This document shows, in pieces, positions 52,080 through 64,000 of a DNA stretch of 64,000 nucleotides; the first letter of the stretch is position 1, and each line of letters begins with the position of its first letter. The translations under genes were made by a program, and so were the position numbers. The DNA comes from Octopus vulgaris (lineage: Eukaryota): assembly GCA_951406725.2 (NCBI GenBank), contig OX597814.1:119970001-120034000 (forward strand), written 5' to 3'. The notes beneath the pieces were generated by a model. That model was not told the DNA's origin and did no database searches. It saw only the letters and a list, made by a program, of their open reading frames with translations.

Positions 52080-53941
52080 ATTCATGTTTATTCCCAAATG
52101 TAGCCAAGTCTGTGATATTAAAATTTGTCTCTCTTGCAATGTTTCTTGAAGTTACATCAGTAAGTCGACAATTTGTTTTTTGGCAATCCAGAGCCAGACT
52201 CTTGCAAATTTTTACTTCATATCGTCTAGTTCAGTCAGTGCTTGGCTAAACATTGATGTCTGGGTTTGCCTGTTGAACGGCATACATTAAGTCCTCCGTC
52301 ATGTCCTCACGATGTTTCATCCAAAGCTGTAGGAGACTGCCAAGTTGACACATGTTCAGTATAGTTTCAAAAAGGTTACGTAGTTTTCCTTGAGAATTTG
52401 ATACTGATGGTTTTTTGATAGCATGCTTTCCTATAAAATTCATACGCATGACCATTTACCCTCCTCGAATTTCGGAATGATTTAGAACCATGTACTTCAT
52501 GGAAAAGGAGCCGTAAGTAGTAGCATTCTGTTTGGCTGCGGGAGGAACATTGTAAACTCTTGCAAGTACATCAGCTCCACATATCCTCTTGTGCCATTTA
52601 TTGTTTCTCCAGATGTAATATTTGGGTAACTGTGGGTAAAGGAGTGTTTTTGCATTTTTATCTACTTGCCAGAACATAAAAATGCAGTAAGGGTAGCCTC
52701 TTTTAAAGAATGTGATTGTTGCAAAGCTGTTTGTTCTGTAAAGATAATTCTATGGCCATTCTCTATATGGACACTGAGATGAATCATTACTGAGTGCTTC
52801 TCACGAATGGGAAAATTAATGATGCGCCAGAAAGCCTCGTTAGTACGGATGTGTCTTCCTCTGTCATACTGTGCATCTTCGTCATTTTAATTCATCGGTT
52901 GACTGCCATTTTGCATAAGAGTGCATGTTGCAGCATCTCAGCCTTTGTTTATAAATTTGCAAACACACTTCTTAGAGTTAACAGAGTTTCAAAATTCAAC
53001 ATTGACTCTGGCTACCGGTACTCATTTTTGCTTCACTGTAGAATACTGATCATCTGCGTTTACCACGACTCCTCTTGTAGAGTGTGAGAGGAATGTTCTC
53101 GGAAACTTTTTCGAAAATTAAAATGGGTATTAAATGAAAAAATGTGTTACGTGAATATCTTCACAAATGTGATTCAAATAAACAGCGATTGTGGAACACC
53201 TGACGCAGGAGCACGGTATCAAACTTCAAATGAAATAGGCATATGTGAGATAGAGAGAAAGTGAGAGAGAAGGGCTGTGTTGTCATGTAAACGTACATGC
53301 ATAAATAAATATGCATACATTTTCGTATGTATGTGTGTGTGTGTGTGATAGAGAGAGAGAGAGAGAGAGACAGACAGAGAAAGTGAATGTCACTTAAACA
53401 TCACCCTCATTCTCTCTTTCTCTCTCTCTCACACACACAAGCATACACACATACATAAATGTGTACAGATGTACTTACAAAAACTCACATGCGCGTATGT
53501 GAGAGAAAGAGAGGAGGAGAGAGAACATTGCAAACAATGAATAAAATAAACATGAAATGAAACAATCGTTTTAATAAAAGCTCTTGTACCAAATATTTAA
53601 ATTTGTGAACTTAGTAAATATTTATTTTAATATATCATAGATGTTTGCAAATAGTGAGTTAAAATTTGAAATGAAAACATCAACATAGAGAGTGAGAGAT
53701 TTAGCAAATGGAAACGGAAAATTTCGCCGTTGCTGCATCAATAGCGGAAGTTCACATTCATAAAACTTTCTAAAGAGGTGAATCACATATAAAGCAATAT
53801 CATTTATTTTCAATAAAAAAAAAGTATATTGAAGATCCTATTATGTACCCGGAGTTAAATTATTTATGCATCCCAAGTCTGGGAGCAATTCGTGCAGCCG
53901 TTTGCAAATACACACACACAGAGGTCTATTTTATATAAGGT
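52080..53941 (-). mobile_element. Helitron remnant: Rep/Hel coding fragments (about 52080-52860) plus probable 5' non-coding end
   Basis: TNEAFWRIINFPI.EKH..IHLSVHIENGHRI, TLTAF, DKNAKTLLYPQLPKYYIW..W.KR..LARVYNVPP, KLRNLFETILNMC...LQLWMKHREDMTEDL. The 5' end ccttatataaaatagac..gtgtgt..aaacggctgcacgaatt resembles Helitron 5' termini. Confidence 0.85.
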
Positions 53942-53988
53942 ATACACACACACACACACATATAGGTGTTTGTATGTGTATATATATG

Positions 53989-54021
<33 letters not shown>

Positions 54022-54175
54022 ATGTATATAAATTTATACTTAGGAATATGTATATATATAGAGACATATACTCGTGTATATATATATATATATCAATAAA
54101 TATATATACATTTATATGTATATATATTTATTTATTTATTCTGTTGTATCTGTAGAGAATCATTATATGTATATG

Positions 54176-54276
<101 letters not shown>

Positions 54277-54280
54277 CTGC

Positions 54281-54327
<47 letters not shown>

Positions 54328-55214
54328 GTATAGACGTGAGTATTTTTTCATACATCGATATACCTACTTGTGCATTCATATAACGTATGATTAATGCAAT
54401 TAAATTACGTTACGCATTTGCCTAGAATAAAATAATACAAATATCTTCTCACAATCAGACTAGAAAACTCCAATAAATATTTATGGCAAACAATGTTTCA
54501 ATCCAAAGCAAACTCAAACACACAGTTTAAATATTTTAAAATAGAATCTCATTCCACCAACTTCAATTTAAACAAAATATGTGTTACACTGAGTGAGTAA
54601 ATACTGCGCTTACAAACATTCTTTTCGAAACATGAAACATAACAACAAAACCCACGGCATGCAAAAACTGTCGTGATCAGAATCTGCCATACATTAACTG
54701 GAAATAACTGTTTTCTCAGCTACTTCTAAGTTTGCCAGAACGATACAAAGAACACAAACTCTCATTAAACAAAACACATACCTTACCCCATATCAAACAG
54801 ATATATATCTTACTATATTCCCCTTCCAATATTTCTGCTTCTCTGATCTACCTACACCACGCCCAATTATCATTTCACATTACTGTACATATCCACTTTC
54901 CTAAATCAACTTGCTTCATGAAACAAGGAGAGACAAGACTCCAAAATCTAATGTAGCACAGTCTGACGAGGGGAGGTAAACGAAACTTTCGAAGCCAATG
55001 ATGACCTTTCACTTGGCAAAGCTATTGAGGAACTATTCAGTTTAGTGTTATGTTTTGATATTTGGCTTCCAATATGCATTCATACATACATATGCATCTG
55101 TGTGTTTGTTTGTGTGCGTGTTCGAGTGTGTCTGTATATATTTATGCATATATATGGGTGTGCCTGCCTTTTTTTGCTTATAGACATACGCATGCATATT
55201 CATATATGAATATT

Positions 55215-55245
<31 letters not shown>

Positions 55246-55808
55246 GTACATGTGTGTGTGTGTGATAGCACGTCTGTGGGCCAATTTCCAAACTAATTAC
55301 AACGATGCATATCTTACTTCTTTTTAATCTTTGTGGACATTCTACTGTGGGTTCAAATTTCGAGTTCATCATTGATTTTACTTCTGATAATTCTAGAAGG
55401 AACAAACGGCATGCAATCATTTCTTGACTTTCTCTAAGTCTCTCTGTTTATTTCTCTTCAGTTGGAAAAAGAAATCACGGTTAGTCACCTAGGAGATGCA
55501 TGAATGCCGACAAACCGAAGCGACACAATTATGTTACGTCTTCGGCTTTGGGTTCCCAACAGAGTTAAGGACGTATAGCATTACATAATATGCTTCATAT
55601 GTAAGTGTGTTTGAGTGTGTGTGTGTGTGTGTGCGTGTGTGTGTATATTTGTGTTGGTGTGCGTGTGTGTATAAACTCTCATAAAAATACGCACATATAC
55701 ATATTTTTATATATGTATAAGTATATATTTAGACCTATATATATATATATATATATATATATGGATGTATGTAGACCTATATACATACACACATATATAT
55801 ATATATAT

Positions 55809-55862
55809 ATTTTGCTAAGACTTAATCATAATTATGTTTATAATTATAATAATTTTTATATT

Positions 55863-55916
<54 letters not shown>

Positions 55917-55970
55917 AATATAAGAATTATTATAATTATAAACATAATTATGATTAGGTCTTAGCAAAAT
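55809..55970. repeat. Near-perfect palindrome centred on (TA)n
   Basis: attttgctaagacttaatcataattatgtttataattataataatttttatatttg-(TA)n-caaatataagaattattataattataaacataattatgattaggtcttagcaaaat. Confidence 0.9.
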
Positions 55971-56397
55971 TGTTTCACCACATACAGAAATATAGAAATA
56001 GCAGTTAAATACTATTTTACTACCATAAGATATCTCCCAGACAGCAATACTCCCAACTCACACAGGCAAAGATTAACTATATGCGCGTTTCTGGATTAAA
56101 GATATGTAAAATAACTCATACCTTATTTCCGTCAACAGTATAGCATTTCAAATATATATTTGAGAGCACGACTAAGCGCCATCGAAAAAAATTAATATAT
56201 ATAAAAGAAAACAGTACTTCTGAATTCATACAGATGAGTTAGGGCTCTCACCTTCCCCCAATCACCCACGTGCGTTACGAGTAATCCTACAGAAACTGCA
56301 GTTTACTATCAGTTTATTAACTATGTTTATAATTATAATATTTCTTGTAGAAGTTTACCGGAAATGAGTTTTTTCACATGCCGAACTACATGGTAAG

Positions 56398-56474
<77 letters not shown>

Positions 56475-56959
56475 CATACATATACATCACATAATACATA
56501 CATGCGTACATAAATACATAGAAGAGAGATAAAAGGGATTAATAAATATGCGTGTGTGCTGCTACGCGAATGTTTGGATGTGTATGTATAAATTCTTGTG
56601 CGTGGAGGAATTTGTCGATAAAGAATATAGCATACAACTCTGCAGCTAACCTTAGCCGGGAGTTATTTTGAGACATTTGTGTTTATTTATCAGCTGTCAC
56701 TCCTTAGTATTTCCTACTTCTTTGCTTCTTTGTGCATAATCCTCGAATGCAGATAACACTAGCATAGCATTTTTCGTGGTAATATGAAAAGGTTTTGACA
56801 AAACATGCATTGGTATGGAGTATGTTCAAAATTACAAACACAGATATGTCAGAAAAACGCATATACATATGTATGTTTTCACACATACACAAACGATTCT
56901 ATATCTCTATCTGTCTACGTATATCTATATCATTCAATCCTTTCTTATCTATCTGCTTT

Positions 56960-57067
<108 letters not shown>

Positions 57068-57182
57068 CCTTTCTTTCCATCTATCTATCTACTTACATAT
57101 ATACATACACACATAAATATACACATAAATGCATGTGTGTGTGCATCTAAGTATCTATCTTTCTATCTATCTATCTATCTAC

Positions 57183-57213
<31 letters not shown>

Positions 57214-57894
57214 CATATGCACACACACACATATATATGTATACATATACATGCATATGTGTGTGCATCTAAGCATAAATAATATTACTTAAGTGCATTA
57301 ATTTATTTATATGTACACGCCTGTATGTATGAATATATTATACGGAGAGTTTTTTTTAAATAATGTTTAGTAAGTCTGTGAAATTTAGAGATCATATCCC
57401 TTACAGTGATACGATCGCTACACTCCATTTGCAATAATGGAAATGCTAATAATTAGGTTTCAAAACGTACTGCCAATTTGTCCTGTTGTTAGATTGGCAG
57501 TGTAGATAGCAAGTTCTTTGCATATTCTCTGTATGTTAAATAACCTCCTACTTTCAGTGAATAATTCTCTCACAAGTGTTTCTCTTGTGAAATTATTGAT
57601 TTATTTGACTATATAAAAAGGCCAAGTGTTTTAGGACTAGCATACGGAGGAATGTGTAGTTTACAAAAATGTTGCTGTAGCTTATTTTTGGAAAAGTCAG
57701 TGAGAAGTAAAATGAAGACAGGAATTACATTTTCCATGCACTTTTTTTTTATGTGATATCTCAAGTATTCTTGTCAGACCACCATAAAACCTGCTGTTAA
57801 TGATGATTATATCTAATTAATACTTTAAAGCAGACCATCATAGAAAGGCATTAAAGCCATTGTACCTTGTCTTAAGACAACAGTTTATAGACAT

Positions 57895-58047
57895 AAGCGT
57901 AGGAGTGGCTGGGTGGTAAGTAGCTTGCTTACCAAGCACATGGTTCCGGGTTCAGTCTCACTGCGTGACCCCTTGGTCAAGTGTCTTCGACTATAGCCAC
58001 GGGCTTTGTGAGTGGATTTCGTAGACAGAAACTGAAAGAAGCCCATC

Positions 58048-58082
<35 letters not shown>

Positions 58083-58661
58083 TATATACATATATACATA
58101 TACATATATATATACATATATATATATATATATGTATGTAGGTAGGTATATATATTAGGTATATATATCTCTCTTTTACTTGTTTCAGTCATTTGACTGC
58201 GGCCATGCTGGAGCACCGCCTTTAGTCGAGCAAATCGACCTCGGGGCTTATTCTTTGTAAGCCCAGTACTTATTCTATCGGTCTCTTTTGCCGAACCGCT
58301 AATGACGGGGACGTAAACACACCACCATCTGTTGTCAAGCAATGCTAGGGGGACGAACACACACACACAAACACACACACATACACACACACACACACAC
58401 AGATATATATATATATGTAAATATTTATGTATGCATGTATGTATGTGTGTATATGTTTGTGCGTTTGTGTTCGTTTCCCCAAGATCGTTGGACAACAGAT
58501 GCGGATGTGTTTACTTCACCGTAACTTAGCGGTTCGGCAAAAGAAAACGATATAATAAGTACTAAGCTTACAAAGAATAAGTCCTGGGGTCGATTTGCTC
58601 GACTAAAGGCGGTGCTCTAGCATGGCCAGTCAAATGACTGAAAGAATTAAGAGAGTAAAGA
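57895..58661 (+). mobile_element. Microsatellite-containing SINE (+ strand) with an opposite-strand 3' half (58168-58360) nested in its microsatellite
   Basis: 5' half at 57895-58048 and 3' half at 58455-58661 on the + strand. 58168-58360 is the reverse complement of the family 3' half. Confidence 0.85.
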
Positions 58662-58719
58662 TTATTTCTTTTGTCGTGGTTATTTCGATAAATTGAAATT
58701 GGCAGTTTTGCAATATAAG

Positions 58720-58850
58720 TTCCGCCGATGTCGACTTGTCCTTTCATCGTTTCGGGGTCGATAAATGAAGTACCAGTTGCGTTCTAGCGTCGATCTAATC
58801 GACGGGCCGCCTCCCCCAAAATTTCGGGCCTTATACCTAGAGTAGAAATG
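58720..58850 (+). mobile_element. SINE 3' fragment
   Basis: ttccgccgatgtcgactt..tttcggggtcgataaa.gaagtaccagttgcg...aaatttcgggcctt..cctagagtagaaa. Confidence 0.75.
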
Positions 58851-59058
58851 AATATAAGTGACATGCGAGGTGTAATTTATTAATAAAATATAATAAAACT
58901 ATAACAAGACTAAAAGGGAATTATGTAGAAGATGTGGATTTTAATTAATTGCAAACGTTAAAAAATAGAGAAAAAACCGTCTAAGAGTGTATTTGGATGC
59001 ACAAAATAGAACACAATCACTAGCGGTTGTCTAATAACGGAGAATGTTCTAATGCAAC

Positions 59059-59479
59059 GTAACTGGTATGTTTTCTGCTTAAACATTTTTCTTCCGGTTT
59101 TGAATTATGGAATTTCAATCATGTTTCGTGGTCTACTACCACAACAGCTCCTTTATAGGATCCAGTTAGCTCAAGACATCATCAGGAGGTACCACGTCCG
59201 CATTCGGCCCCTACTTAACTACCGTTTTGACGTGCCCCCATCCCCCTCGGGGGTGTCTTCAGCTCTGGTGTTGAGTGTATGTCTTCTTTCTCCTTCTGTT
59301 CGCTGGCCTCTTCGATGTAGCCTCAACGAGTGTTAGCGGGTGACTGTCTGTTTGTCAAATTTCCCTTTAAATACCTGCTGCTAGGCTCCAGCAGGCAGCC
59401 CCAGCCAGTTGTCACGTGACACTGTCTAAACTGTGTAACCGGTATGTTTTCTGCTTAAAAATTTTTCTTCCGGTTTTGA
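59059..59479 (-). mobile_element. 376-bp unit with a 45-bp terminal direct repeat; pLTR/retrozyme-like
   Basis: Direct repeat at 59059-59103 and 59435-59479. On the minus strand: GTCACGTGAC, TATTTAAAG, then CTGATGA...GAAACATG. A second copy lies at 29200. Confidence 0.6.
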
Positions 59480-59688
59480 TACAGTGCTGTATCAAGCATT
59501 TTATTTCTCAGTAAAAATTTTGCGCTTTATAATATAATTCTTCCATTTATATATTCTATAACATCATTTAACTGTCCGAATAGCAAGTGTAACATTTGCA
59601 CATAATGCACATCCTTGTATGCATCCAGTTTAACACCCATAGCACATTTTTGTATCATTTCTAGCCCTTGTTCCTGTTTTTATCACAA

Positions 59689-59690
59689 TC

Positions 59691-59722
<32 letters not shown>

Positions 59723-61760
59723 CATCATCATCACCAACATCATCATCATCATTATTGAAGTTGCACAGTATCCAATATTGTGATGTTGTAGATTGAGTGT
59801 AATGTGTGGACCGGAGGTTTGTACTTTCTGTCAAATCACAACCGGGAACTCAGACAGACACTACTTCATGCAATATACGTGCTGTTCCAAGTAAAGCCAA
59901 TTTTTTCGATGTACTAAAATTGTTGGCTATTACTAAAGTCCTCAGATGCTTTTATTCATGTTTCGTGGTAGTAAACACAATGCGCGGGTACGGTGACAAC
60001 AGGAACAAATTTTCTTTGACTGTCATAGCTGCCACATTATGGCGATCTCAAATTTCAGGTCACCATGTTAGTCGAGATTCCATGATAATATAGTGTTGCA
60101 CTGGCACTGCCATGGAGATTATTACCCAGCTCTTGCTTGTCCCTCCTGATGGCTACTAAATCTGGCCTTCGGTGCTGTAACACATTGTATGTTTGGAAAT
60201 CAAATTCCAGAGCTCATTTGCCTCTCCGTTTTTGTCCATTACATTTTCTGGTGAATATCAGTACCAAACAATCGTTACCTCGTATCTATACTTCGGGCAT
60301 AGTAGCCAGTGAAGGATTTTCTCTAATTTTCTGTGTTTGATCTTGTACTATTTGTGTTTTTCTCGTTTTAGGCGGCGAGCTGGCAGAAACGTTAGCACGC
60401 CGGGCGAAATAATTAGCGGTATTTCGTCTGCCGCTACGTTCAGAGTTCAAATTACGTCGAGGTCGTCTTTTCCTTTCATCCTTTTGGGGGTCGATGTAAT
60501 CGACTTAATCCGTTTGTTTGTCCTTGTTTGTTTGCCATCTCTGTGTTTAGCCCCATGTGGGTAGTAAAGAAATAGGTATTTCGCCTGCCTTTATATTCTG
60601 AGTTCAAATTCCGTCAAGGTCGAGTTTCCGTTCATCCATTTAGGGTCCATAAATTAAGTAGCAGTTGCGTACTGGGATCGATTCAATCGACTGGCCCCCT
60701 CCCCAAAAATATCAGGCTAGAGTAGAAAAAGATTGTTTTTCTTCTCCTCCTGTCTATTTTGATTAGTTCATTTAGTATCCAGTTAAGGATATTGTAACTA
60801 ACTTATAACGTGTACGGCTAGAATGTTGATGACTAGTGTTTTGCATTGAACTCTCTTTTCAATATCAGTCTAACATGTCTATAGTATTACTTTTTTATTT
60901 TCTCTTTCATTTGTGTGTGTTATATCTTATCTACTTCAACGATTTCCAAGTATTAGTATGTCTGGCTTTGGTCTAATTCTCTTATTTCATTTGTTTCATC
61001 TAGTGTGACGTTGCTACACTTCACTGGTTTTCCTCTTTTCAAGGCTTCTTTTGCACATTTTTCTAAGCCAAATTTCTTTGGTAAATCTATGTACTGCCTG
61101 TAGTTATGTTTCCAGCTGTTTATCATTTGTAGCATACAGTTCTAGGTCATCCATATATAAGGGGTGACTGATAATTTTGCCGTAACAATTTTATCCACAC
61201 CCAGTCCTGTTTAGCATTTCAAATAAAGGTGTCAGTGCCAAGCAGAAAAGGAGTGGAGAGAACGTGTCTCCAGGGAATATTCCTCTTCTAATGGGGATGG
61301 CTTTGAATTTTATGAGTCCCTCTTTTGTCCGGAGCTGTAGCACTCTCCGTCATTTATTCATGGAATGGGTTATATATCTTATGATTATTGGTGCTAACCT
61401 GTTCATAGCTGGTGTTTTTAGAATCCATGTATGGGAAATACTATCGAAACCTTTTCGGTAATCGATCCAAGTCATACTTAGAACCTTCTTCTTTCTGCGG
61501 TTGTCTTCAGTTATGGATTTATTGATCAGCAGCTGACCTTTACAACCGTATGAGCGCTTGCAGCATCCCTTCTGCTCTTCTGGAAACAGGTTGTTTCCTT
61601 CCAGATGCTTGCTCATTCTCTGTGATATTATTACAGTAAAGGCTTTGTAAATAGTAGGGAGACAAGTTACTGGTCTGTAATGTTGTGGGTTTGCTGTTTC
61701 AGTGGATTTTGGAATTAGGATAGTTTTTCCTACCGTGAGCCATTCAGTCATTGGCTCTGG
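59689..61760 (-). mobile_element. Dong/R4-clade LINE remnants: RT (about 60770-61745) and restriction-like endonuclease C-terminus (about 59800-60300), bounded by (ATC)n/(ATT)n
   Basis: WLTVGKTILIPK..PQHYRPVTCLPTIYK, EQKGC..SYGCKGQLLINK, WIDYRKGFDSISHTWI, HPLYMDD, KFGLEKCA. Endonuclease-like LQHRRPDLV, IISMAVP, KLALLGTARIL. Confidence 0.85.
60371..60732 (+). mobile_element. Dimeric SINE inserted in the Dong/R4 remnant
   Basis: ggcggcgagctggcagaaacgttagcacgccgggcgaaat...; a second internal unit starts near 60575. Confidence 0.88.
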
Positions 61761-61772
61761 CTCTGCAAGGAT

Positions 61773-61827
61773 GTCATCATCATCATCATCATCATCATCA
61801 TTATTGTTATTGTTGTTGTTGCTATCG

Positions 61828-61919
<92 letters not shown>

Positions 61920-61920
61920 A
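61773..61920. repeat. (ATC)n(GTT)n(ATT)n microsatellite
   Basis: Directly visible. Confidence 0.95.
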
Positions 61921-64000
61921 CTTCGAGGTTTCTTTGTCTTTCATACTTCTGGGGTTCGAGTACATGAAATGCCATTAATTGATGTATAGACGTAATGGAA
62001 TCGCTCCTCGACGTAAAATTGCTGGCTTTATACCAACGCTAGGAGGAATCATTATTGTAAATATTTTCATCTTTAATATTACTCTTTGACCAAGTAAAGG
62101 AAACGAAGTTTCTTGCACGCTCTGCCAATTCTCTTCAAGATATATTATTTTCAAATGTTTGTTTTTAAATAAGTTGATGGTCATACCTGAATATATATAT
62201 ATATGACGTATTCAAGAATGGACTTACAAGTAAAATCATTTACCTAGATTTCTCCTAGATGTTGATGTATGTGTACTTAGCTATCAGTGAGACTAGCTTT
62301 AAGGGACTCAAACTCTTGAGAAGTGGATAGCTGTGTGACAGGTATTGCTTAGATTTTTCCAAATTTGCCAATGTCATCTTACACAAACAGCATCGTATCA
62401 TCCATTCTGATTATATGTAAAAAGAGATTTTATTAGGCTAAAATATATTGATTGCACAGATTTTCCGAAATTATAATGTTTCGCTACACAGGCCAAAATG
62501 TTTTCAAACGTTCGTCAAATTTACAAGACATACAGGACTTAGCTCAGTTGCTGGAATCTCGATAGATGTTTTCTAGTAACTTATAAATATTTTCTAGCAA
62601 GTTAATCAGGTGTGAATTCATGTGGTTTGTGTTCAACAACCGATGATAAATCACTCGTAAGATGAACATTAGAACAATGCAGTTGCTTTGAAGCCAACAG
62701 AGAACGTATTATCGGAGGGAGGATGGTTCACATATTACAAAATGTATCAAAGGCGGTGAAAATATCACAATACCATTTGTAAACTTTCCTGTTATCTAAA
62801 ATCAGGGATCTAGATTACAAACTAAGTATCAAATGGAGTTCAATTGTTTCGTGCAGGAAATCAATAACTTCGCAACAAAGCCATTATTCAATGTTCGGTG
62901 GTAACCGATGTACGTGAACGAACTGATTCTAGATGTACTAAGATGCCACCGCCTCTTTAAATTTCTTTTAAGCATGAGGATAGTGATGCCACGCTAAATT
63001 ATTTCATCCATAAAAATTTGTTTCTGTCGGACTAAGAATTAGGCTGAATCATTGGCAAAGAGAGTATAGGAACAAAATATTCTTTTACTTAGGCTCTTTG
63101 AATTCTATGTCCAGCAGCGTCTACTCATCGGCTGCCCTAAATGCTCAGTTCTCAGAATCTATAGGTGTTCACTCTAGCAATACTATGTAATTTGGTTATG
63201 CATATAGGAAACTGAGACATGAGAGAACGTCATCTGCATACGTGTACGGCATCAAATTCATATCGGTTGATATATAAAAGATTGAGATCGATGCTACAAC
63301 TCTCTAAGGTAGAAATTCGTAACAGAAACACATTTACATAAGATCATTATGAAGTTTTATGATAAAGCCGTTGGGGAGAAAAATTAACAGCGGTCATCAT
63401 TTACAGCTGGACCTAAGTTGTGGGATGTTACTCAGCTTCTACTTTTGTTTAGATATCGACATCAATCAGAAATAAATCTAAGTTATGAGTAGTTTCCTCA
63501 TATTCATAAATAGAATGGATGTAATGTAGGACTAGTATTTTCACATTTTTTATATCGTTTGAGTCCTTCTGGTCAAATATCTATTTTGTACTAGCATCCT
63601 GTTAATATAGGACTAAATATTCTAGTAATAGAGATACGCTGAGACATGTTGGCATTTTTGAAAGCAGTGCTATCTATATGACAACCCTACTACATATTTC
63701 TCTACCATCTGGTATATCAGGTCTTCATATAATATACGGGTGAAAAAGTAGTCGATTGACACAAACCTTCGAGTGTTAAAGGGTTATGTGTACGCACAAA
63801 TATTATTCTAAGCATATATTTGTGCTATGTTGAAAATAAACCTACGAGACTATTTGGATGTGTGTTCAGTGAAAAACTATGGATAACTGTAGAATATTCA
63901 TGGATATTCATTGCTACCTAGATAATTGTTGATATGTAAATTGTAGGGAAACAATGTACCATGAGATAAGCCTAAGTTGAAACTTGATGTGACCGGGTTA

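Noticed and set aside
62200-64000. Repeat-poor terminal segment, possible host exons
   Set aside because: No long ORF, recognisable domain or convincing splice-site pair was found by eye. Small exons cannot be excluded.

Overview
AT-rich, microsatellite-dense eukaryotic DNA made almost entirely of repeats. The SINE families, (TA)n/(CA)n/(TATC)n density and TE mix point to an octopus genome (inference). I found no convincing host protein-coding exon; most short ORFs in the track are translated microsatellites. The best-preserved element is a 5'-truncated Penelope-like retroelement (RT + GIY-YIG, Naiad-like; 897-3616, minus strand) with an inverted pseudo-LTR. Its pLTR carries a variant minimal hammerhead-ribozyme fold, seen in three copies (about 1.0, 5.1 and 51.2 kb). 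At least two other hammerhead-like pLTR families are present, and most of these PLE-like pieces sit in (TA)n tracts. Other content: Tc1/mariner, Merlin (IS1595-like) and Helitron remnants; long-TIR and hAT MITEs with 8-bp TSDs; a foldback element; decayed CR1/L2, L1-Tx1, RTE, Hero, Dong/R4 and RNase H-bearing LINEs; several tRNA-derived SINE families, some nested in each other; a local tandem duplication; and a 39-bp minisatellite. Coordinates of decayed elements are approximate and were read by eye.
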